In this document: positions 12,071 through 20,481 of the stretch, one piece after another
Numbering within the stretch: position 1 is the stretch's first letter
Layout: each line of letters starts with the position of its first letter
Assembly (NCBI GenBank): GCA_029068165.1
Contig: JAIEDA010000004.1
Span: 7,756 to 71,755 of the forward strand
DNA from: Clostridia bacterium
Lineage (GTDB): Bacteria; Bacillota; Clostridia; Christensenellales; UBA3700
Reading direction: 5' to 3'
Length of the DNA: 64,000 nucleotides
The notes under the pieces: generated by a model
Databases searched by the model: none
Seen by the model: the letters and a program-made list of their open reading frames with translations, nothing else
Told to the model about the DNA's origin: nothing
Position numbers and translations under genes: made by a program

Positions 12071-13282
12071 TCACCTCTTAATAAATTTGTTTATCAACGA
12101 CTCTCCGTCTTTGTAATAATTTCCGCTTTGCTTACACGTTATTTCGTTATAGGTATCGTAGCCGCTGTCTTGCTTTTTATTGCTCGTATAAACTATAAAC
12201 GGAACGGCGTCTCTCGTATGCGTTTTAAGCTTCAACGGCGTAGGATGATCGGGCGCAACCAAGATCTTGTAATCTTCGCCCATCTTATCAAGCTCTTCCT
12301 TTACGAACTTCACGACTATAGAATCTATAAGCTCGATAGACTTAACTTTATGCTCTACGTCGCCTTGATGTCCGCACTCGTCGGGAGCTTCCATGTGAAT
12401 GTATACGTAATCGTAACCGCTCTTGAGCGCGTCTATCGCGTACTCGGCTTTGCCCTTGAAATTGGTGTGGTACGTACCCGTAACGTTCGGCACTTCGATG
12501 ACGTTCATTTTAGCGCCTATACCAATACCTTTGATAAGGTCTACCGCGGATATTACGCAACCTTTCAAGCCGTACTTTTCCTCAAAGGGAGTAAGCGCGG
12601 GTTTCGTGCCCTCGCCCCACAGCCATATACTGTTTGCAGGGTTCTTGCCCTCGGCGATACGCTTTTTGTTGACAGGATGATCTTTCAGCAAGGCGTAAGA
12701 CTTGACCATAAGCTCAAGCGCCATTTCGCCGTAAAGTCCTTTGGGCAAATATTGCGTAACGTATTTGTCGGATATATCGTGCGGCGGAGTGAAGTCAGTG
12801 CCGAGTTTAGCGTCGTGCACAACCAAGCAGTGCCTATAACTTACTCCCGCGTAAAAATCGCATTTGTCGCTAGAAAGTTTTGCGTTTACGAACTCAATAA
12901 GCTCCTTGGCTTCTTCCGTGGAAATCTCGCCCGCCGAATAGTCTACCATTTTTTTGTCCGCGTAATTTTCTTCGTTGGAAAGCGTAACTAGATTACACCT
13001 AATAGCTATATCCGTATCGGCAAGATCTATACCTATAGACAAAGCTTCGAGAGGCGAACGACCTGAATAGTATTTGTCGGGAGCGTAACCCATCATCGAC
13101 AAGTTTGCGACGTCGCTTCCCGGCTTTAGATTATCGGGGACGGTCTTGACCAAACCAATTTCGCCGTTTTTACACAAAGCGTCGATATTGGGTTTCTTTG
13201 CCACTTCAAGCGGAGTTTTTCCGCCCAAAGCCTCGTTCGGATAATCGGCCATTCCATCGCCTAAAATTACTACGTATTTCAT
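12071..13282 (-). CDS. apgM: Cofactor-independent phosphoglycerate mutase, archaeal/ApgM type
   Basis: MKYVVILGDGMAD, GKTPLE, PGSDVANL, GRSPLEA, HMEAPDECGHQG, PDHPTP...TH motifs. Confidence 0.93.
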   Translation of the reverse strand: MKYVVILGDGMADYPNEALGGKTPLEVAKKPNIDALCKNGEIGLVKTVPDNLKPGSDVANLSMMGYAPDKYYSGRSPLEALSIGIDLADTDIAIRCNLVTLSNEENYADKKMVDYSAGEISTEEAKELIEFVNAKLSSDKCDFYAGVSYRHCLVVHDAKLGTDFTPPHDISDKYVTQYLPKGLYGEMALELMVKSYALLKDHPVNKKRIAEGKNPANSIWLWGEGTKPALTPFEEKYGLKGCVISAVDLIKGIGIGAKMNVIEVPNVTGTYHTNFKGKAEYAIDALKSGYDYVYIHMEAPDECGHQGDVEHKVKSIELIDSIVVKFVKEELDKMGEDYKILVAPDHPTPLKLKTHTRDAVPFIVYTSNKKQDSGYDTYNEITCKQSGNYYKDGESLINKFIKR

Positions 13283-13426
13283 ATCCTTCACCTTTTGAAC
13301 AAATGCTTTTTCGACTTGTTCGTCCTAACGAAATTTTAATTGAAAATTAAAATTTGATTATATCTCAATTTTCATTATAAAGTATATACCAAACAAAGTC
13401 AAACGAGAATACGAATTTTTATTGGC

Positions 13427-14470
13427 TTAGACGGGAATTTTAACGGTAAACGTCGAGCCTTTACCTTCTTGGCTGTCGACGGTTATCGAACAGTGGGAAT
13501 TGTCCAAAATTTTCTTTACGAGCGCAAGTCCCAAGCCGTTGCCCTCTTTGGCTCTCGACATATCGCCTTGATAGAACTTTTCGAATATTCTCTCCTGCGT
13601 TTGTTGGGACATACCCACGCCGTTATCCTTAATGACGAAAACCACTTCGTTTTCGTACTTTTTGAGCAGGATATTTATATCTCCGCCGTCGCTAGAGAAC
13701 TTTATCGCGTTGGAGATAAGGTTTAGCCATACGTGATAAAAAAGCTGCTCGTCGTAAAATATCGTAACTTCGTCCAAATCGATATTGATATTGAGATTTT
13801 TTTCGCTCCACTTGCTTTCCTGCGCTATAATCGCCATTCTGATTTGTTCGTCTATTCTAAACTCGTTGGGTTCCAAAATCGCGTGATTTTCCAGTTTGCT
13901 CAACCTAAGTATGTTACTCGTAAGCGCGGTAAGCGAGTCCGCGGCTTCGATTATGTTGTCGCAATACTCGCATAGAAGAGCTTGCGAGTTGCAGTTCTTA
14001 ATCAGCTCGGCGTGACCTTTGATATTCGCCAGCGGCGTCTTAAATTCGTGAGAAATATTCGCTACGAAATCGCTTCCCAACATCTTGTTTTTATTCAACT
14101 CGTTGACCATAGTATTGAAGTTGTGGATAAGCGTGGAAATCTCGTCGTTCTTCAGTTCCCCGTTCTTTTTGGTCTTTTCCTTTAGCTGCGCGGAAAAGTC
14201 GCCGTCCGCGACCTTTTTCGTCACGTCGCACAAATTCCTCATAGGCGTGAAAAATGCTATATTTACTATACTTGAGAGCACTACTCCTATGGCGACCGCC
14301 GCTATTGCCGCAATGATAAGCGTCCACCAAACGTCGTCTATTTTTACGTGCAAATTCTCAAGAATATAATACGCTCCCGAGAATATACCCGAAGCCGCCA
14401 ATATTGCCACGAAACTCGCCAAACTAAGTTTGACGAACAAATCCTTTTTTACGGTTTTTTTGGGTCGCAT
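13427..14470 (-). CDS. HAMP-domain sensor histidine kinase
   Basis: 2 TM, HAMP, NISHEFKTPL, NLISNAIKF, DNGVGM, GNGLGL. Confidence 0.93.
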   Translation of the reverse strand: MRPKKTVKKDLFVKLSLASFVAILAASGIFSGAYYILENLHVKIDDVWWTLIIAAIAAVAIGVVLSSIVNIAFFTPMRNLCDVTKKVADGDFSAQLKEKTKKNGELKNDEISTLIHNFNTMVNELNKNKMLGSDFVANISHEFKTPLANIKGHAELIKNCNSQALLCEYCDNIIEAADSLTALTSNILRLSKLENHAILEPNEFRIDEQIRMAIIAQESKWSEKNLNINIDLDEVTIFYDEQLFYHVWLNLISNAIKFSSDGGDINILLKKYENEVVFVIKDNGVGMSQQTQERIFEKFYQGDMSRAKEGNGLGLALVKKILDNSHCSITVDSQEGKGSTFTVKIPV

Positions 14471-14479
14471 ACGCACTCC

Positions 14480-15157
14480 TTATTTTTGCTTTTTTACCGC
14501 TTTGTAGCCAAGCCCTCTAATAGTGACTATTTCAAAGTCGGAGCTGTTTTTAAATTTTTCTCTAATACGGGTAATATGCACGTCTACGGTGCGTTCGGCG
14601 GTATCGCTGTCCGCCCCCCAAAACTCTTCCATAAGCTGACTTCTCGTGAAAATCTTACCCGCGAAAGACAGCAATTTATAGAGTATATAAAACTCTTTTT
14701 GAGGAAGTTCGATCTCCCCCTCCGGCGTAATTGCGGTAAGCGAATCGTATATCAAAGAAGTATTGCCAATTACTATTTTTCTCTCGCTGACTATTTGCGA
14801 ACGCCTAAGCAAAGCGCCTACTCTAAGCAACAATTCGTTGGTATCGATAGGTTTGACCATATAGTCGTCTATCCCCAGTAAAAAACCCTTCTTTTTGGCG
14901 TCGAAATCGTCGACCGCCGTCATAAACATAATGGGTACGTTTGCGTTGAGCGCGCGTACGTTTTCAGCCAAAGCGTAGCCGTCCATTATCGGCATCATAA
15001 TGTCGGACACAATCAAATCGTAATGCTCTTCTTTGAACATCTCCAAAGCGCTTTGACCGTTGAGCGCCATATTCGCGTCGTAACCGTTTTGCTGAAGCAC
15101 GGTGCGAACCAGCTTATTGAGTTTTATGTCGTCTTCCGCTACGAGTACCCTTATCAT
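14480..15157 (-). CDS. OmpR-family response regulator (HssR-like)
   Basis: VLVAEDD, SDIMMPIMDG, GIDDYMVKP, RTVDVHITRIR, RGLGYK. Confidence 0.94.
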   Translation of the reverse strand: MIRVLVAEDDIKLNKLVRTVLQQNGYDANMALNGQSALEMFKEEHYDLIVSDIMMPIMDGYALAENVRALNANVPIMFMTAVDDFDAKKKGFLLGIDDYMVKPIDTNELLLRVGALLRRSQIVSERKIVIGNTSLIYDSLTAITPEGEIELPQKEFYILYKLLSFAGKIFTRSQLMEEFWGADSDTAERTVDVHITRIREKFKNSSDFEIVTIRGLGYKAVKKQK

Positions 15158-15186
15158 AAATACCTCTTACGAATAATTATTGCCAA

Positions 15187-16725
15187 TTACAAATCAAATA
15201 CTTCGTTGCACAGTTTTTCGGCGTACAAAGGTTCGTGCGAAACCAAAATTATCGCGCCCTCGTATTCCTGCAACGCTTCAAAGAGCGCCTCTTTCGCCGA
15301 CACGTCCAAATGGTTCGTAGGCTCGTCCAGTATAAGTATATTGCTCTCTTTTTGCATAAGCGCGCAAAGCTTTATCTTGACCTGCTCGCCGCCCGAAAGC
15401 GAACTTATGAACTTCGTCGCAAGGTCGTTTTTGATACCCACTTTCGCAAGCTGAGTACGTATCTCCTTTTGCGACATTTTCGGGTAGGTTTCGTTCATAA
15501 ACGTCGTTGCGTTTATTCCGCTTCTAAACTGCAAATCTTGCTCGATATAGTTTATCTTGGAATTTATATTAAAGTTGAACGACCCGCTCAATGACGGAAG
15601 CCTTTTCATTATCGTTTTGAGTATCGTGGTCTTGCCTAGACCGTTCGTACCTCTCAGCCAAAGTTTCGTCGTACTTCCCATCTCAAACGATATCGGCGGC
15701 AATATAGCTTTGCCGTCGTATCCGACGACCAAGTCTTTGACCTCCAACATGTGCTTAGTCACCAAAAGCGTATACGGAAAGTTGAACGTAGGCTTTTCAA
15801 ACGATACCGGCTTTTGCATTACGTCAATGCGGTCCAACATCTTCTTGCGGCTGTTAGCCATACCTGCCGTCGCCGCCCTGGCCTTGTTGCGCGCTATATA
15901 GTCTTCCATCTTCTTTATTTCGCGTTGTTGCCTTTCGTAGCTGTCCGCGTATTGACGGGCGTTTTGCTCGTGCTGTACGAGAAATTCGTCGTAATTGCCC
16001 CAGTACTTTTTGATCATACCGTTTTCAATATTGACTATGATTTTGCACACGCTGTTGAGAAAAGAAGTATCGTGCGATATTAGAATAAACGTGCCTTTGA
16101 ACGCGTCTAGATACTTCCTAAGCCAATCGATTTGCTCGAGGTCGAGAAAGTTGGTCGGCTCGTCCAAAAGCATAACGTCCAACTCTTCCAAAAGCAGTTT
16201 GGACAGCATAAGCTTCGCCCTTTGTCCGCCGCTCAAGTTGCCAATAACGGTATCGTAGCCGAAGTTGTTTACGCCAAGACCGTTTGCGACTTTCTTGATC
16301 TTGGAATCGAGGTCGTAAAAACCGCTATCGTCCAATTTCTCTTGCAAAACCGCCGACTTATTCACCAGCTTGTCCAGCGTATCCATATCTTCCTCTGTCG
16401 CCATTTGCGAATAGAGATTTTCAAGCTGCTCGTTCATCTTATAGAGATAATCGAAAGAGCCTTGCAAGTACTCCATAACGCTTTGACTCCTGTCGATATC
16501 CGCGTGCTGGTCGAGATAACCCCATCTAATAGTATTGAGCCATTTGACTTCGCCCGCGTCCTGCGAAAGCCTGCCCGTAATAATATTCATAAACGTAGAC
16601 TTACCCGCGCCGTTAAGTCCGACAACTCCGATATGTTCGCCGTTGTTTACGCTGAGATCGGCGTCGTCAAACAACGTCTTTGAATCAAAGATATGCGTAA
16701 GTCCTTTTATCGTCAAAACACTCAT
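15187..16725 (-). CDS. ABC-F family ATPase (ribosome-associated, no TM domain)
   Basis: Two NBDs (GLNGAGKST/LSGGQ/LLDEPTN and GTNGLGKTT/LSGGE/ILDEPTNHLD) joined by a linker. Confidence 0.93.
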   Translation of the reverse strand: MSVLTIKGLTHIFDSKTLFDDADLSVNNGEHIGVVGLNGAGKSTFMNIITGRLSQDAGEVKWLNTIRWGYLDQHADIDRSQSVMEYLQGSFDYLYKMNEQLENLYSQMATEEDMDTLDKLVNKSAVLQEKLDDSGFYDLDSKIKKVANGLGVNNFGYDTVIGNLSGGQRAKLMLSKLLLEELDVMLLDEPTNFLDLEQIDWLRKYLDAFKGTFILISHDTSFLNSVCKIIVNIENGMIKKYWGNYDEFLVQHEQNARQYADSYERQQREIKKMEDYIARNKARAATAGMANSRKKMLDRIDVMQKPVSFEKPTFNFPYTLLVTKHMLEVKDLVVGYDGKAILPPISFEMGSTTKLWLRGTNGLGKTTILKTIMKRLPSLSGSFNFNINSKINYIEQDLQFRSGINATTFMNETYPKMSQKEIRTQLAKVGIKNDLATKFISSLSGGEQVKIKLCALMQKESNILILDEPTNHLDVSAKEALFEALQEYEGAIILVSHEPLYAEKLCNEVFDL

Positions 16726-16745
16726 TTTTATAAACCTTAAATCTT

Positions 16746-18404
16746 TTACTTTTTAACTTTTTTCGTCTTTACCAAATTCTCCAAAAACTCTTTCGTTTCG
16801 TCGAAATTCAAGCTCTCGACTACGATAGTAATCTTATCGCCTTCGCTTAGATGCGTTTCGCCGTCGGGAACGATATTTTCGCCGTCAACTTTGACCACTT
16901 CGGTGACGAGAGCGTTGGCGGGCCAAATAATATCTCTAATATGTTTGTCTTCGACAAACGAACCCTTTTCGACCGTAACCTCAAACGAGCGTTTTTCAAG
17001 CTTTTCGCTGCTCTCGCGCATCCTGTCTAGCAAGCTGTCGTATAGAGGATTCGTACCAAGTATTTCAGCGACCAAAAACGCAGTGAATATAGCTATCGCT
17101 ACCGGCAAGAAATCCGATTGATATCCCGAAAGCTCCACCACCAAAACTATTGCGGTGATAGGAGCTCGCACGCTTGCGCCAAAGAACGTAGTCATAGATA
17201 CGACTACGACGGCTGAAAAGTATTCCTCGTCCATACCGAGTTTGATAAATACGATACCCATCATTGCGCCGATCAGCGCGCCTATTGCAAGCATAGGTAT
17301 AAACAGTCCGCCCGTTGCGCCCGCGTTGAAACACAGTATCGTAAGCAACATTCTTACGCATATCACCAGCAGCAAGAACCAAAAAGTATACTTCAAACCG
17401 TCGTGACAAAGAATATCTACAAGCGAGTGACCGCCCGTGTTTACCATAGCGAAGCCGTCTTGAACAAACTTTGTAAAAATCAAACCTATTGCGCCCGTCA
17501 GTAAGAATGCTATCAAAAGCCTTAGCCAATACGGGAACTTTTTCACCCATTTATCGGTAATCTTTTGAGATTTGACGAGCAATACGTTGAATAGTATCGC
17601 GCACGCGCCTATTACCACTCCGACGGCGATAAGTATGCCTAAAATTGAAGCGAACTCCCCTATCGAATTCATTTGCTTGAAATCGGCGAAAGGCTTGAGC
17701 TGTGGAATGTCGAAAAGCATTGAAGTGCTCGACCATTTAGCGTCTTTTATCGCCATACCCAAAAGGCGGAAAGTAGCCGTTCCGGTAATGACCGCCGACG
17801 AAGCGCAAAGAAGTATTATCGGAGAAAATCTCCTGTGGCACTCTTCCATAGCGAATACTATACCCGCGAGAGGAGCGTTGAACGCGACTGCAATACCTGC
17901 GCCCGCGCCGCCTGCCATTACGTATCTTCGCCAAGTGAGCTTGGCTTTCATAAGCTCGGTAATGCCCTGCGCCGACATTGCGCTAAGCTGTACGCTAGGT
18001 CCTTCGCTTCCAAGCGGCAAACCCGCAAAAAAGCTCATATACGAACCTATGACCGTACCTATCAGCGTACGCAGCCATTTGAAGGTCAAAAAGCCTCTAA
18101 TCGCTCCTTCGACGTTTGGAATACCGCTGCCCCTGACGTTGGGCACTTTCTTGTGCAATAACGCCATCAAAAGAGCTAAAGCCGCCAAAGCCAAGAAAAA
18201 CAAAGGTATCGCCCACAAATGCGTAAGCACCGCTTCGTAGATTTTTTTAGAATACTCTATCAAATAGCGCGCGCCGAAGTTGAATACTCCCACCAAAAAT
18301 CCCGAGAGCATTCCCGCAACGCCGCCGTACGCAATAACCGGCAAAACGATATTTTTGAGCTTTTCGCCCATTGCTTTGAATTTTACTTTTGCGCTATCTT
18401 TCAT
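16746..18404 (-). CDS. ClC-family H+/Cl- antiporter with C-terminal TrkA-C (RCK-C) domain
   Basis: GSGIP, GSEGPSVQ, AFNAPLAG, GGLFIP, PLYD signature motifs and C-terminal IVPDGETHL. Start uncertain (18437/18404/18371). Confidence 0.9.
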   Translation of the reverse strand: MKDSAKVKFKAMGEKLKNIVLPVIAYGGVAGMLSGFLVGVFNFGARYLIEYSKKIYEAVLTHLWAIPLFFLALAALALLMALLHKKVPNVRGSGIPNVEGAIRGFLTFKWLRTLIGTVIGSYMSFFAGLPLGSEGPSVQLSAMSAQGITELMKAKLTWRRYVMAGGAGAGIAVAFNAPLAGIVFAMEECHRRFSPIILLCASSAVITGTATFRLLGMAIKDAKWSSTSMLFDIPQLKPFADFKQMNSIGEFASILGILIAVGVVIGACAILFNVLLVKSQKITDKWVKKFPYWLRLLIAFLLTGAIGLIFTKFVQDGFAMVNTGGHSLVDILCHDGLKYTFWFLLLVICVRMLLTILCFNAGATGGLFIPMLAIGALIGAMMGIVFIKLGMDEEYFSAVVVVSMTTFFGASVRAPITAIVLVVELSGYQSDFLPVAIAIFTAFLVAEILGTNPLYDSLLDRMRESSEKLEKRSFEVTVEKGSFVEDKHIRDIIWPANALVTEVVKVDGENIVPDGETHLSEGDKITIVVESLNFDETKEFLENLVKTKKVKK

Positions 18405-18638
18405 TACGTTATATCCGAATTTATTCTCAATCGGCAAAACCTACTTTGCCGTCATATATTATTTTCCAAGCCGCCTGCGAAGCAACAGTTTGATACAAAA
18501 TAATCTAAACTTTATGTTTAGTTTATATATAATATATACTAAATAACAATATAAAGTCAAGCAAAGATATATGTTCGGCGGAAAGGCAAACTATTCGAAT
18601 TTAAAAAATATAACGTCTATGACTGGACGGCTAAAGTC

Positions 18639-19180
18639 CGTCATTTTGAGCGAAACAAAGTGTAGTTGAAGAATATTATATAAATGAAAAGTTGTTTTTC
18701 GTTGTTTTAGATTTTTGTTTTAGTAAGTATGGCTTACAAGCGGGTTCACGTTATTACTGCCATATTGTTTAACGTTAGGCGGTAAGGCAGTCTAGTCAAG
18801 TCTAAAAAGTATCTTTTCCGCCGACTAACCGCTTGGCTCACGCTCAACGTACATAAAGTACGCCTCGGCTCGCCAAACAGTCATTCGACAAAAAATCTAT
18901 CTTTTAATCCTTTGACTATCTACCTTACCACCAAACGAAGTGGGAGTCTATTCTACTGATACCGCCAACAGGTTTGCTTTACCAAAAACTATGAGCGTTA
19001 TAATCGTGAGCCCCGCTTAGCGCCTTGTACTCCGTAGTTTTCGCATAAATGTTTCTAAAGGATGAGAATTTTGACTTCGCTCAATATGACGATTTTATTT
19101 TTACCCATAATAGCGAAGCAACTTTTCTCATACATCTTAATGGAAGCAATTCGTCACCCTGAGCGTAGTCGAAGGATCTC
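18639..19180. repeat. Cluster of nested palindromic repeats (families C, A, B)
   Basis: C copies at 18639, 19063 and 19152. A halves at 18731-18770 and 18981-19035 match copies at 19605 and 34998 in reverse complement. B at 18773-18967 matches 23284-23480 in reverse complement. Confidence 0.8.
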
Positions 19181-19336
19181 TATCCGTATAAAATGTTCAA
19201 TCCTTCACTTTAAAACTAGGTAATAAAATTTTTTGTTCATTTTTTATGAACCGTTAATACTTTGGCTATAGAAGTTTTATATAATATAAACAATGAACAG
19301 CTTATTATAGAAGATTTGAAAAGGGAGTAAGTGCTT

Positions 19337-19585
19337 ATGACGAAAAAAAATGACGAAACGCAAATAGAACGAAAACAAGTTATAAGAACTAAACAATCGT
19401 TATTTTGGACGCATATTTTTATGCTCATTCAATTATTAGAAAAGTATCCCGCAGTTACTGCGGACGAAAACTTTATGAAAATATATCGTACACTATACGA
19501 TTACGTATCAAGCAAAGCTCCTCTACCTAATAGAGGCGACATATTAGATTGGTACGTTGTCGTAGAACAAGAAGCGACGGAATAA
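19337..19585 (+). CDS. Small hypothetical protein (AT-rich orphan)
   Basis: SD AAGGGAG, 82-84 codon ORF lying between repeat elements. No recognisable motif. Confidence 0.5.
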   Translation: MTKKNDETQIERKQVIRTKQSLFWTHIFMLIQLLEKYPAVTADENFMKIYRTLYDYVSSKAPLPNRGDILDWYVVVEQEATE

Positions 19586-19604
19586 AGATGATTACGCAAG
19601 AATC

Positions 19605-19732
19605 ACGGAGTACAAGGCAATAAGTGGGGCTCACGATTATTACGCTCATAGTTTTTGGTATTGCTTACTTTGTACTTTATCCAAGTTTCGCTAAAAAATA
19701 TGGCAGTAATAACGTGAACCCACTTATAAGCC
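19605..19732 (+). repeat. Palindromic element family A (about 130 bp)
   Basis: TAAGTGGGGCTCACGATTATTACGCTCATAGTTTTT...AAAAAATATGGCAGTAATAACGTGAACCCACTTA, near-identical to 34998-35127. Confidence 0.85.
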
Positions 19733-19787
19733 ATTACCCAACAATATAATATATATGACTTCACTACTCTTTTGCATAATATAACAA

Positions 19788-19810
19788 GAGGAACGCAAAC
19801 TGCGTTCCTC
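19788..19810 (-). terminator. Hairpin GAGGAACGC-AAACT-GCGTTCCTC (recurrent terminator motif)
   Basis: Just downstream of the 110-aa gene. The same core recurs at 34837 and 41588. Confidence 0.55.
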
Positions 19811-19841
19811 CCGATATGATTTCTATTCGCTGTGCAATCAA

Positions 19842-20174
19842 TTACAAAATGGAATAAAGGTTGCCGAAAATTGCAAATATTGCGTACAAAACGATACATA
19901 CGTATACGGTAATTTTGAAGCCTTTCTTCTTGTTTCTCGCATAGTAGTAAGCGTTTAGACATACTGCGATACCGAGCGCGATATCTTTGACAAGACCCAT
20001 AATAGCCGTTATTATACCGAGATCGGCTTTGATTGCTCCCAAAATGAGATTTACGACAAACATGACGATAGCAAGTATCAAAGCTATACAAGCGCTGAAA
20101 CCAATAAGCCTGTCAACGTTGCTTCTTACCGACCTGCTCTCTATCTTTTCGCTCGTAGATTTTTTCTTTGCCAT
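19842..20174 (-). CDS. Small membrane protein (3 predicted TM)
   Basis: Basic N-terminus and three hydrophobic segments. SD AGGAGG, upstream TTGACA...TATAAT-like promoter. Confidence 0.75.
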   Translation of the reverse strand: MAKKKSTSEKIESRSVRSNVDRLIGFSACIALILAIVMFVVNLILGAIKADLGIITAIMGLVKDIALGIAVCLNAYYYARNKKKGFKITVYVCIVLYAIFAIFGNLYSIL

Positions 20175-20311
20175 ATCAATTCCTCCTATAAAAAATTTTA
20201 TTAATTTTTTTATCTATTATAATACGCTCGCTTCGCTATGTCAAGCGCCTTCAACGATTTTTTTCACGCTTTCGCATTGTTAGCCAATATTGGTTATAAT
20301 CAAGCGTTATA

Positions 20312-20359
20312 ATACACTATCTTGTAAAAGTTTTTTGGCTGAATAACAAGATGTTGTGG
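20312..20359. promoter_or_regulatory. Tandem NrdR boxes
   Basis: ATACACTATCTTGTAA (20312) and TAACAAGATGTTGTGG (20344) fit acaCwAtATaTwGtgt and are 32 bp apart, upstream of nrdD. Confidence 0.75.
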
Positions 20360-20411
20360 TTTGTCAAGCGTTTTTAGCAAAATTTTTTTTAAATTTTTTT
20401 GCCGTTTTGTA

Positions 20412-20440
20412 TTGCATAGCGTGTAGGCTTGTGCTATAAT
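20412..20440 (+). promoter_or_regulatory. nrdDG promoter
   Basis: TTGCAT-17 bp-TATAAT with an extended TG. Confidence 0.7.
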
Positions 20441-20481
20441 CATTTTTGCACCATAAAATAAGGATAAAGAGGAGAAGAACT

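Noticed and set aside
10265-12991. Long + strand ORFs (293, 172 and 361 aa), and similar ones at 23967-25088, 52446-53303 and 54639-55775
   Set aside because: Antisense to well-supported genes; explained by codon bias producing stop-poor reverse frames.
15187-16725. ABC-F as an antibiotic-resistance (ARE) gene
   Set aside because: Embedded in a housekeeping-like operon with no leader attenuator; the subfamily cannot be assigned from sequence alone.
19603-20091. 162-aa minus-strand ORF
   Set aside because: Out-of-frame overlap with the 110-aa membrane-protein gene and runs through repeat A; no SD and an unnatural composition.
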